A program made the position numbers and the translations under genes. Under the pieces are notes generated by a model, which was given only the letters and a program-made list of their open reading frames with translations, was not told the DNA's origin and did not search any database. Shown here in pieces: positions 1 to 8,171 of a DNA stretch of 64,000 bases (within the stretch, counting starts at the first letter, position 1; every line of letters starts with the position of its first letter). The stretch covers positions 193,339-257,338 of the forward strand of contig JBDRTY010000002.1 of assembly GCA_039801085.1 (NCBI GenBank), in the 5' to 3' direction. Source of the stretch: a candidate division WOR-3 bacterium (GTDB lineage: Bacteria > Hydrothermota > Tepidihabitantia > Tepidihabitantales > Tepidihabitantaceae).

Positions 1-53
1 TTAGACAGCAGAGAAATTCAAAAGGTTTCAGTTTTCGCCTTAAAAACAGAAAA

Positions 54-127
54 TGGGCGATACCTGAATTGAACAGGTGACCTCCTCCTTGTAAGGGAGG
101 CGCTCTCGCCAACTGAGCTAATCGCCC
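54..127 (-). tRNA. tRNA-Val (anticodon TAC)
   Basis: The reverse complement folds as a cloverleaf: a 7-bp acceptor stem (GGGCGAT/ATCGCCC), the D-arm GCTC-AGTTGGCGA-GAGC, the anticodon stem CCTCC/GGAGG with loop CTTACAA (anticodon TAC), and the T-arm ACCTG-TTCAATT-CAGGT. It resembles canonical bacterial tRNA-Val(UAC). CCA is not encoded. Confidence 0.85.
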
Positions 128-389
128 TTGGCTAAATCATAGCGGAGAAAAGGTGGAATGTCAAACCCTTCAGCCGGTTTGTGCCGGACTGACACCGGAC
201 TCGGCAGACAGAAACCGGGGCGGACAGACTCCTGCCCGCGGTGGGGGGAACTGCGGGCAGGGCAGGGATTTCGGGGGTGTGATTATGTAAATATATGATA
301 AAATATAACTTGGATAAACAGGCAGATTAACGGTGAAATCCGGGCGGATTTAAGGCTCTAACTGGATGGAGAACGAAAGGAGGAAAAGT

Positions 390-770
390 ATGAAAAAACG
401 GAATGCACCCGGCATCAGCCGGGTTGAACAGCAGGTGCTCAACTACCTCAAACGGCAGGACCCGGACGATATCGCCCTGCATTTTGCCCGGCAGAGGTCC
501 AGGATGGTGGCAAACTACTACCTGTATGCGATAAAGGCGGACCGGATTTACCGGCTGGTCTGTGAGCTTACCGGACAGGCAGGGGTGGCGCCTCCAGCCC
601 GGCGGCTGTATTACTCCTTTGCCCTGGAGCTGGAAAAGCTGTATCGCACCCGGCGGGACCAGGACCTCGCAACCGAGATTCAGATCCGGCGCTACAAATG
701 GACGGTCCGGGGTCTGGACCCGGAACTGCTGGAGAGGCTGGAAAAATTACTGCGGAGTGAAATCGGGTGA
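390..770 (+). CDS. hypothetical protein (about 126 aa), GC-rich, no recognisable domain
   Basis: An ORF with a strong SD (AGGAGG, 7 nt spacer) precedes the ATG at 390, which is internal to the track ORF 366..770. Its 3' end is convergent with the STAND gene. Confidence 0.5.
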   Translation: MKKRNAPGISRVEQQVLNYLKRQDPDDIALHFARQRSRMVANYYLYAIKADRIYRLVCELTGQAGVAPPARRLYYSFALELEKLYRTRRDQDLATEIQIRRYKWTVRGLDPELLERLEKLLRSEIG

Positions 771-783
771 GAGCAGACGGGTT

Positions 784-2748
784 TTATTCCCCTGACCGCT
801 GAAACCGCTTAATCTTCTTGATTATCTCCTCGGCCAGCAGCTCCGGCTCAAGCTCTATAGCCTTCTGCCAGTCCCGGACTGCCTGCTCCAGCTTGCCCTG
901 ATCTTCATAGGCGTTTCCGCGGTTGAAATAGGCTTTGGGGTAGTCGGGCTTGAGCTTGATTGCCGTTGAGTAGTCCTGGATTGCTGTGTCCAGCTCGCCC
1001 TTCAGGTAATAGGTGGCTCCGCGGTTGTTATATGCTTCGGGGTCGTCGGGTTTGAGCTTGATTGCCTCGGAGAAGTCCTGGATTGCTGTGTCCAGCTCGC
1101 CCTTTTGGTAATAGGCGTTTCCGCGGTTGTTATATGCTTTGGGGTCGTCGGGTTTGAGCTTGATTGTCTTGGAGTAGTCCTGGATTGCTGTGTCCAGCTC
1201 GCCCTTTTTTGCATAGGCGTTTCCGCGGTTGTTATATGCTTTGGGGTCGTCGGGTTTGAGCTTGATTGCCTTGGAGAAGTCCTGGATTGCTGTGTCCAGC
1301 TTGCCCTGATCTGCATAGGCCACTCCGCGGTTGGTGTAGGCATCGGCGTAATCGGGCTTGAGCTCGATTGCCCGGGTAAGCATTTGTATTTCTGCATCAA
1401 CAAGATTTTTGTCTTTAACCGGTCCTGAAGAATGTTCAATCAGAACTGCGGTTGCCAGCGAAAAAAGGAATTCGGTGTGGCTGGAGTTCAGGTTTGATGC
1501 CTTTGCAATTTTTCCAAGATGATTACGGATGGTTTGGTTGCTGAGCCTCAGCCGGTCGGTTATTATTTTTCGAGATATGAATGGGTGCCAGGTGGAAATC
1601 CGGTTTTGGCTCCGGCTGATCACCCGCTTCCTCTCCAGTTCTGCCAGATTTACCTCATTGTCATAAAGTTCAGTGAAAATGTCCTCGGGATAATCTAAAC
1701 CATATCGGTTGACAATCAGGAGCGGGGTCATCAGCTCCTGCTGTTGGGGTGTGAGCGGATTCCAGAAGTCATCAACCGCCTTATCAAATGAAGCTTTGCC
1801 GGTGCTGACGAGCATCACAAGCATCGGGAATATACCCTGCGCAAGGGCAACCATTTCCGGCTTGCCGCGAAACCTCTTAATATAATCCCCGGCTTCGCTC
1901 TCAGTCAGCTGGAGCTCAAATTTTTCAAAATTATATGGAGCGAGATTTTCCCGAACATTAACCTCCCAGACAGCGGTCTGTTCCACCAGTATCAGAGGGA
2001 TATCAAGGCTTTGAGTATGGATGTTGTTGATCAGGCTTACAACCTCATCCTTATAAAGTGCGACATTATCAATGAAAACCAGTTTCTTCTGACCGTTGAA
2101 CTCCGGCTCCTGCAGATAGTGGAGCGCCTTCTGAGCATCGATTTTGCCGTCGCTGATAAAGGGACAGTACTCCTGCTGAAAAAGGTCATAAGCGAGACGC
2201 ATCATCAGGACCGACTTTCCCGAACCGCTGTTCCCCAGGAGGAGGATGTTTTTACCCTTTTTGATGGTATCCAGAATTTTATCTTTCAGCGCCCGTCTGA
2301 TGTCAAAATTATCAATAATGACATTCCAGGTGGGCTTGAAACCGGAGCAGAACTGCTGTTTGTCTGTTTCTGCCCGGCTCCGGTCAATTGTGCTCAGAAC
2401 TGAGGTCAGCGGTTTCAGCCCGCAGGCGGTAATGTAGGATTTCCATTTTTCAGTCAGCTTGTTATAGTCCTGAGTGTATTGTTCAAACTCCTGTTTCAGT
2501 TGATCCAAATTTTTCTGTTCAAGGCTGATTTTTGATTTTTTGCACTGTTCAAAGAAGGAGTAAACAAGCCAGATTGTGCCCAGAAACAGCGGTTGACCGG
2601 CAGTCGCTGCCGGCACAACAATTTTAAAAAAATTTTCAACAAAGGGCTGGTCCAGACCAAGGGCACTGCCGAGTTTTTCAATGCTGTAAATACCGCTTCT
2701 CAGCGTTGTGGCTATACTTTCCTTCAGCGACTGGAATTCAAAATTCAC
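784..2748 (-). CDS. STAND-like P-loop NTPase with N-terminal hydrophobic segment and coiled coil, mid-protein LuxR/GerE HTH and five or six C-terminal TPR repeats
   Basis: Walker A is LLLGNSGSGKSV, followed by a hhhhD box (KLVFIDNV). A LuxR-type HTH (LSNQTIRNHLGKIAKASNL) aligns to GerE helix 2-3. There are 5-6 consecutive 34-aa TPRs (AYNNRGNAY..GELDTAIQDYS..AIKLKPDDP). A 24-residue hydrophobic stretch (IVVPAATAGQPLFLGTIWLVYSFF) lies near the N-terminus. The gene GC (about 47-52%) is well below the backbone. Confidence 0.75.
   Translation of the reverse strand: MNFEFQSLKESIATTLRSGIYSIEKLGSALGLDQPFVENFFKIVVPAATAGQPLFLGTIWLVYSFFEQCKKSKISLEQKNLDQLKQEFEQYTQDYNKLTEKWKSYITACGLKPLTSVLSTIDRSRAETDKQQFCSGFKPTWNVIIDNFDIRRALKDKILDTIKKGKNILLLGNSGSGKSVLMMRLAYDLFQQEYCPFISDGKIDAQKALHYLQEPEFNGQKKLVFIDNVALYKDEVVSLINNIHTQSLDIPLILVEQTAVWEVNVRENLAPYNFEKFELQLTESEAGDYIKRFRGKPEMVALAQGIFPMLVMLVSTGKASFDKAVDDFWNPLTPQQQELMTPLLIVNRYGLDYPEDIFTELYDNEVNLAELERKRVISRSQNRISTWHPFISRKIITDRLRLSNQTIRNHLGKIAKASNLNSSHTEFLFSLATAVLIEHSSGPVKDKNLVDAEIQMLTRAIELKPDYADAYTNRGVAYADQGKLDTAIQDFSKAIKLKPDDPKAYNNRGNAYAKKGELDTAIQDYSKTIKLKPDDPKAYNNRGNAYYQKGELDTAIQDFSEAIKLKPDDPEAYNNRGATYYLKGELDTAIQDYSTAIKLKPDYPKAYFNRGNAYEDQGKLEQAVRDWQKAIELEPELLAEEIIKKIKRFQRSGE
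900..1350. repeat. Four to five near-identical tandem 102-nt repeats encoding the TPR units of the STAND gene
   Basis: The units match at the nucleotide level (gcgtttccgcggttgttatatgctttggggtcgtcgggtttgagcttgattgcct... repeated with period 102). Spurious ORFs 1002..1439(-) and 1105..1428(+) arise from this repeat. Confidence 0.8.
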
Positions 2749-2963
2749 AGTTGGGATATCATATTTTCAGGAGGGGTGCTGTCAATATCCGCAGAAAAAG
2801 GAAAGGTTTTTATCATCAGTTTTCCGGCGAGCTCCTGCTGACATCAGCGGTTTGTTACCGCTTCACTTTAAACAGATCCTGAGGCTTTGCATCTGTGATT
2901 TCGAGTGCAGCGGTCAGCACCTCTTTTTAGTAGTCATTTCTCCCGGCACCTTTTTTATCTCTT

Positions 2964-3074
2964 GTCATTTCGAGCGACGCCCCGAATGGGCGGAGTCGAG
3001 AAATCGCTCCTCTGTATTCATTTTGCATTGCAAAAGGGATTCCTCGACTCGGCTTACGCCTCGCTCGGAATGAC
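2964..3074. repeat. Structured repeat element, copy A: nested inverted repeats, possible operator or small RNA
   Basis: The outer 13-bp stem is GTCATTTCGAGCG...CGCTCGGAATGAC. The inner stem is GAGTCGAG...CTCGACTC. The core palindrome is TTTTGCAtTGCAAAA. It lies in the 620-bp divergent intergenic region between the STAND gene and the ABC transporter. Confidence 0.5.
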
Positions 3075-3140
3075 AGCAAGGAAGAGCACGGCACGGCCGT
3101 AAGATTAAGGCCATCTTAACCGGAGCACTGCCAACATCCG

Positions 3141-3256
3141 GTCATTGCGACCGGAGCGAAGCCGGAGGCGGAGCGGAGTAGAGAAATCGCTTCTCGGTAT
3201 TCATTTTGCCCGGCAAAAGCGATTCTTCGAGCCGGCTGTGCTTCGCCCTAAATGAC
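3141..3256. repeat. Structured repeat element, copy B (paralogue of copy A with compensatory stem changes)
   Basis: It shares GTCATT..., AGAAATCGCTT...AAGCGATTCTT (complementary arms) and the core TTTTGCCcGGCAAAA. The loop TATTCATTTTGC..GCAAAAG is conserved with copy A. Confidence 0.5.
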
Positions 3257-3383
3257 GGAAGGGTGCGAAGTGAACAAGGAATTCCGGATGGAGAATACCG
3301 GCAGGTCATAATGACCGGTTAAATTGAGCTCGGGTTTTTACGGCACAGCTTGCGGGTGCGGGTTTTAATTGTTAAACTTGGGA

Positions 3384-4106
3384 ATGGAGTTTGCGGTTGA
3401 AGTGCGGAGTCTGGTGCGCCGGTTCGGCGCGCTGACCGCAGTTGACAACCTTTCCTTCACGGTCCGGCCCGGTGAGATCTTCGGGCTGATCGGACCGAAC
3501 GGTTCGGGCAAGACCACCACCCTGCGGGTCGTTGCCACCCTGCTTCTGCCCAGCTCGGGCACGGTTGCGGTCTTCGGCAATGATGTGGTCCGGGAGGCGC
3601 AGGCGGTCCGGAGGCTGATTTCCTATCTGCCGGAGGATGCCGGGGCATACAGAAACCTCTCCGGACTGGAGTATCTGCGGTTCATGGCAACATTCTATTC
3701 CGGCGATACGGTGGAGCGGGACCGGCTCGTGGAGCGGGGAATGGAGATCGCCGGTCTGGGCACAAGGATCAAAGACCGGGTGCGGACCTATTCCAAGGGG
3801 ATGGCAAGAAAACTGCTTTTAGCCCGGGCGCTGATGAGCGGACCGAAGCTGGCGATTCTGGATGAGCCGACCTCAGGTCTGGATGTGGAGAATGCGACCG
3901 AGGTCCGGAAGATCATCCGGGATTTCGCCCGCTCGGGCACGACCGTGCTGCTCTCCTCGCACAATATGCTGGAGGTGGAGTTTCTTTCCGACCGGGTGGG
4001 TATCATCCGGCAGGGCAGGCTGATCGCCACCGGCTCACCCGCGGAACTGAAGGCACAGTTCGGGGCGGAAAATCTGGAGCAGGTTTTTCTCAAGGCGGCA
4101 GGATGA
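3384..4106 (+). CDS. ABC transporter ATP-binding protein
   Basis: Walker A is GPNGSGKTTT. The signature is YSKGMARKL. Walker B is ILDEPTSGLD, followed by an H-loop. The ATG at 3384 is preferred over the TTG at 3369. Confidence 0.85.
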   Translation: MEFAVEVRSLVRRFGALTAVDNLSFTVRPGEIFGLIGPNGSGKTTTLRVVATLLLPSSGTVAVFGNDVVREAQAVRRLISYLPEDAGAYRNLSGLEYLRFMATFYSGDTVERDRLVERGMEIAGLGTRIKDRVRTYSKGMARKLLLARALMSGPKLAILDEPTSGLDVENATEVRKIIRDFARSGTTVLLSSHNMLEVEFLSDRVGIIRQGRLIATGSPAELKAQFGAENLEQVFLKAAG

Positions 4107-5362
4107 GGTTTCTCGGGACACTGGTCTGGAAGGAGATGCAGGAGCTGCTGACGGTGCGGATGCTTGTGCCGTTTGTGGCGGTGCTGGTGCTGTTTCTCTT
4201 TATCGGCAGGATGCTGCGCGGTGAGCGGAAGCGGGCAGAGGCACCGCAGCCGGTGCTGGTGGTCAGCGCTGATTCGGGTCCGGTATCCGATCTGATTGTC
4301 CGGCTGCTCGGGCAGAGCGGGTTGACCGCACACCGGTTTTCCGGACCGCTCGATTCGGCGCTGATTCAGAAAAGCGGAAACTGGGTGGCGCTGGTCCGGG
4401 TGCCGGAGAGTGCGGATGTCCGGCTGGAGCGGTTTGAGCCGGTTGGGCTTGAGGTGTATACACCCCTGCGCGGGCTCTCCTTCGGCCAGACGATGCGCGG
4501 GGCAAAGGTGAAGACCGCGCTTGCCCGGCTGGATTCGGTCCTTGCCCGGCAGCAGATTGAACGGCTTGCAGGCGGGCTGGAGCCGGAGGCGGTCCAGCAT
4601 CCGCTGCGGAAGCAGGAGTATGTGGTGCTCAAAGGCAGGGTGGCACCGGGCAGTCCAGAGCAGGCGCAGGGGCTTCTGCTCGGTCAGACCTTTCTGGTGC
4701 CGATCATTCTGCTTTTGGTCATCATCTATGCAAGTCAGATGATTGCTGCCTCAATCGGTCAGGAGAAGGAGAACAAGACCCTGGAGACGCTTTTGACCGT
4801 GCCGGTGAGCCGGGTGCTGATTGTTGCCGGCAAGATGCTCGGGGCGGCGATTGCGGCGGTGGTCATTTCCGCGGTCTTCATGCTGGCGATGGGGTATTAC
4901 ACCACCGGCTTTGCTGAAGGCAGGACCGAGGTGCCATCAGCCGGGATCAGCGGGCTGGGGCTGAGCCTGACAACTGAAGGGGTGGTTGTGCTCGGGATTA
5001 CGCTGTTTCTGGCGATCATGGCGGCGCTGGCACTGGCGACCCTGCTGGCGGTTTTCTCCGAGGATGCCAAGAGTGCGCAGGCAAACATCACCCCGCTGAT
5101 GATGCTCTGCCTGATCCCCTATTTCTTTGTCCTGATGTTTGACATCAGCACCCTTTCCCTGCCCCTGCGGCTGCTGGTGCTGGCGATCCCCTTTTCCTAT
5201 CCATTTCTCGTGCCGCAGGCGCTGATCTTCGGCAATTACCGGCTGATCATCTTCGGCATCGTTTATACCGGGCTGTTTGCGGTGATTCTGGTGCTCCTTG
5301 CCGCCTGGTTTTTCCAGGGGGAGCGGGTTCTGACTGCCCGGCTGCGGCTCAGGCGGCGGTAA
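4103..5362 (+). CDS. ABC-2 type transporter permease
   Basis: Its ATG overlaps the upstream stop (ATGA coupling). It has multiple TM helices and a large extracytoplasmic loop after TM1, as is typical of ABC-2 permeases. Confidence 0.7.
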   Translation: MRFLGTLVWKEMQELLTVRMLVPFVAVLVLFLFIGRMLRGERKRAEAPQPVLVVSADSGPVSDLIVRLLGQSGLTAHRFSGPLDSALIQKSGNWVALVRVPESADVRLERFEPVGLEVYTPLRGLSFGQTMRGAKVKTALARLDSVLARQQIERLAGGLEPEAVQHPLRKQEYVVLKGRVAPGSPEQAQGLLLGQTFLVPIILLLVIIYASQMIAASIGQEKENKTLETLLTVPVSRVLIVAGKMLGAAIAAVVISAVFMLAMGYYTTGFAEGRTEVPSAGISGLGLSLTTEGVVVLGITLFLAIMAALALATLLAVFSEDAKSAQANITPLMMLCLIPYFFVLMFDISTLSLPLRLLVLAIPFSYPFLVPQALIFGNYRLIIFGIVYTGLFAVILVLLAAWFFQGERVLTARLRLRRR

Positions 5363-5366
5363 AGGG

Positions 5367-6743
5367 TTAACGGTTTCTGCCCGGACCGCGGGCAAGCGAG
5401 GCGAAAATTCCCAGAAAACAGAGCAGACTGAAAAGGGCAAAGCCCAGACGGAACACAGGCAGAAGACCGGGTGCATTGCCGGGTTGCAGTTTTACCGGAC
5501 CGACAAAGATGCCCAGCAGCATCATCGCCAGCCCGAGAGAAAGGCTCTGACCGAGCAGGCGCATGGTGGCAAGGATGGCCGAGCCGGTGCTGTAGTCTGC
5601 CGGAGCGAGGGAACCCATGACCGCACTGGTGTTGGGTGCGGAGAACAGGGCAAAGCCGAAGCCCAGAACCAGTAAAGCAGAGATTATCAGCCCGAGCGGT
5701 GTGTCCGGACCGAGCAGGGCAAAAAGTCCGAGCCCGAGAGTTGTCAGTCCCATGCCGACCGAGGCGAGCAGGCGTGGTTCGTGCCGGTCCGCAAGCCTGC
5801 CGGTCAGGGGCGAGAAGAGCGCCATGACCACCGGCTGGCAGACCAGAATCATGCCTGCGGTCTGGACATCAATCTGCCGGAGATACTGGAGATAGAGGCT
5901 GAGCAGAAATCCGACCGCAGCGGTTGCAGCGTAATTGATGAGTGCGGCAAGATTGGAGAAGGTGAAGGTCCGGTTGGTGCGCAACAGCTGAAGGTTCAGG
6001 AGTGGGCTGGCGGTCCGTCTTTCCCAGAACAGGAATGCCAGCAGGCTGAAGGCGCCGGCGATGCTCAGAATGATGGCGGTGCGGTCCGGAATCCGGGTCA
6101 GACCGAAAAGCAGTCCCAGGACACCGGCGGCATAAATCACAGCACCGGTGAGGTCAAATTTCGCAGCACTGCCGGATGCGGAGTCGGGGATTGCCGGGCT
6201 CATCAGCAGGGCGGCAAGGCTGAAGGGCAGATTGATGCCGAACACCATGCGCCAGCCCAGATACCGGGTGATGATACCGCCGAGAAAGGGTCCGAGCGAA
6301 AGGCCGAGATAGGTAACTGCGGTGTTGATGCCCAGTGCCCAGCCCCTTCTTTCCCGCGGATAGACCGCGGTGAGGATGGCGATACCGGTGGCAAATATCA
6401 TTGCGCCCGCAATGCCCTGCAGAAGCCGGCAGATCAGCAGCAGCGTGCCCGAAGGCGCAAGCGTCGCACCGAGCGAGGCGAGCGTATAGGTCCCAAGACC
6501 GAGGTTGAAGATTGTCCGCCGGTGATAGATGTCCGCAAGCCGGCCGAAGGGGAGCAAGAGGATTGCTGAACTTAGAAGTGCGGCAGTGGGCAGCCAGCCC
6601 AGGGTGATCGCATCCAGACCGAGGTCCTTGCCGATTGCAGGCAGGGCGATGTTGATTGATGAGCTCATAAACGGGGTGACAAATGAGCTGATGCTCGTGG
6701 CAACCAGAGTTAAAACCCGGACCCGGGATTCAGTTACTGCCAC
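5367..6743 (-). CDS. MFS transporter (DHA2/EmrB-like, about 14 TMS)
   Basis: TM1 and the conserved ALP(A/T)IGKDLG motif are present, with many TM segments. The track ORF runs to 6971, but its first 70 codons are Pro/Ser-rich and overlap the upstream gene. A GTG at 6743, overlapping the upstream stop by 4 codons, is the likely start. Confidence 0.7.
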   Translation of the reverse strand: MAVTESRVRVLTLVATSISSFVTPFMSSSINIALPAIGKDLGLDAITLGWLPTAALLSSAILLLPFGRLADIYHRRTIFNLGLGTYTLASLGATLAPSGTLLLICRLLQGIAGAMIFATGIAILTAVYPRERRGWALGINTAVTYLGLSLGPFLGGIITRYLGWRMVFGINLPFSLAALLMSPAIPDSASGSAAKFDLTGAVIYAAGVLGLLFGLTRIPDRTAIILSIAGAFSLLAFLFWERRTASPLLNLQLLRTNRTFTFSNLAALINYAATAAVGFLLSLYLQYLRQIDVQTAGMILVCQPVVMALFSPLTGRLADRHEPRLLASVGMGLTTLGLGLFALLGPDTPLGLIISALLVLGFGFALFSAPNTSAVMGSLAPADYSTGSAILATMRLLGQSLSLGLAMMLLGIFVGPVKLQPGNAPGLLPVFRLGFALFSLLCFLGIFASLARGPGRNR

Positions 6744-8115
6744 TGATGACCACAACCTTCTGGAAACGAAAGCGATGGTCCGGGATGAGATAGACACCGG
6801 TGCGGTTGATTCGGACCCGGGTGCCGGCAGGGGTGAAACCGACAAGGGCAGGGTATGCACCGATGTTAACAATCCGGACAGGTTGCTGGCGCTCGGGCTG
6901 GTTGACACCGGTGGCGGGCAGTCTGCCGCCAAGGTAAAACAGGTCGGTGTTGCCGGCGCTGTCCGCAGCAAAGAGAATGTGCAGGGTCCGGTCCCAGGTT
7001 ACGAGCACCGGCTGTTTCACCTCGTGGGTCGTCAGACCGGTGAGCTGCTGTGGTCCGGTCCAGACACCCGCAGACTCCTGGAGGGCAAAGAGCAGCTGTT
7101 TGTGGTCCGGTGAGCCGGCGGTTTTCCCGCACCAGACCGCAGCGCACCGGTTGTTAAAGAGATGGGCGATTGATGGTGATTCCTGATTAAACTGGACATA
7201 ACCGCTGACAGCGGTGATTTCACTCCATCCCGGCGGGCGCCGGCACCGGTAGCAGATCTGATAATAGGGAGAGTTCGCATCATACCCCTGCCAGACGATA
7301 TGCCACCAGTTGTTACCGCCGGCGGTTACTGCCGGTGAATACTGGGCAAGACCGCCGGCAAGCTCTGACACCTGCTCAATCTCCTGCCAGACGCCGCCGA
7401 TCCGGCGCCGGCACAGCACCTGATCACTAAAGCTGCCCAGATCCCTTCCCAGCCAGACAACACACAGATTACCACCGCTGTCCACCGCTACTGACGCATC
7501 CCGGTGATCCGCGGGATAGGCGGTTATCTGCTCTGCCGGCAGCCAGCCGGTGCTGGGCTGATACTCCTTGTGAAACACCTGCGGGACACCGCCGGTATCC
7601 GGATTGCCGTAGTAGACAATATGCAGTGCACCGGTAACCGGCTGGACCGCAACCGCCGGATACTTGAGATTATAGGGCAGGGGTGCGAAAGCGACCAGGG
7701 TTTCGGCAAGCCACCGGCTGGTGGCAGCGTCAAACCGCTTGTACCAGATACCGCGCAGCTGAGGATAGTTCTGGGCGTCAAGGTGCCAGAGGAGGTGGAT
7801 ATTGCCCGCAGGGTCGGCACCGGCGGTCGGCAGATTGAGGTTGATGTCAAACCGGGTGAGCTGAGACTCGGGGAGCCAGATTCCGCTTCCGGCTTCATAA
7901 AGGCGATACCAGATCTGCCGGAAACCGGCACGGCTGTCCAGCCAGAAGACGAAGATATTTCCCTGCGGGTCAACCGCAATGCTTTTCTGATAGCTCAGTC
8001 CGGGCACCTGCACCGCCGGATGGCTCGTGAGCCGGACCAGGCTGTCCCACTCCACCGCCGGACAGAATGAAAAAATGGTAATGACAAGACCAACGCTAAT
8101 CCGGGAGTGCGCCAT
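6730..8115 (-). CDS. Secreted repeat protein (beta-propeller-like; blades with a G-N-I/L-h-V/L-W motif)
   Basis: It has an N-terminal signal peptide (MAHSRISVGLVITIFSFCPA). Recurring blocks are GNIFVFWLD, GNIHLLWHLD, GNLCVVWLG and NNWWHIVWQG. It is co-directional with, and overlaps, the MFS gene. Confidence 0.55.
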   Translation of the reverse strand: MAHSRISVGLVITIFSFCPAVEWDSLVRLTSHPAVQVPGLSYQKSIAVDPQGNIFVFWLDSRAGFRQIWYRLYEAGSGIWLPESQLTRFDINLNLPTAGADPAGNIHLLWHLDAQNYPQLRGIWYKRFDAATSRWLAETLVAFAPLPYNLKYPAVAVQPVTGALHIVYYGNPDTGGVPQVFHKEYQPSTGWLPAEQITAYPADHRDASVAVDSGGNLCVVWLGRDLGSFSDQVLCRRRIGGVWQEIEQVSELAGGLAQYSPAVTAGGNNWWHIVWQGYDANSPYYQICYRCRRPPGWSEITAVSGYVQFNQESPSIAHLFNNRCAAVWCGKTAGSPDHKQLLFALQESAGVWTGPQQLTGLTTHEVKQPVLVTWDRTLHILFAADSAGNTDLFYLGGRLPATGVNQPERQQPVRIVNIGAYPALVGFTPAGTRVRINRTGVYLIPDHRFRFQKVVVISGSN

Positions 8116-8171
8116 CGGTAATAGACTGGCTTGATTAATCAGATTGTCAAGGAAATGACGGGTTATTTTTT

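Noticed and set aside
1-53. Possible second tRNA or 3' gene fragment at the window start
   Set aside because: No cloverleaf could be folded and no ORF end was recognised. The region is too short to call.
1002-1439. ORFs 1002..1439(-) and 1105..1428(+), with Ser/Thr/Pro-rich or Cys/Val-rich repeats
   Set aside because: They are alternative frames of the 102-nt TPR-coding tandem repeat inside the STAND gene. Their periodic composition is a repeat artefact.
2930-2960. Possible sigma-54 promoter (GGCACC-N5-TTATC) upstream of the STAND gene
   Set aside because: The -12 element does not match TTGC(A/T). It is probably a chance GGCAC.
3788-4600. 270-aa ORF antisense to the ABC transporter genes
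   Set aside because: It is Arg/Pro/His-rich low-complexity translation typical of antisense frames in high-GC DNA, and it is fully overlapped by well-supported ABC ATPase and permease genes.
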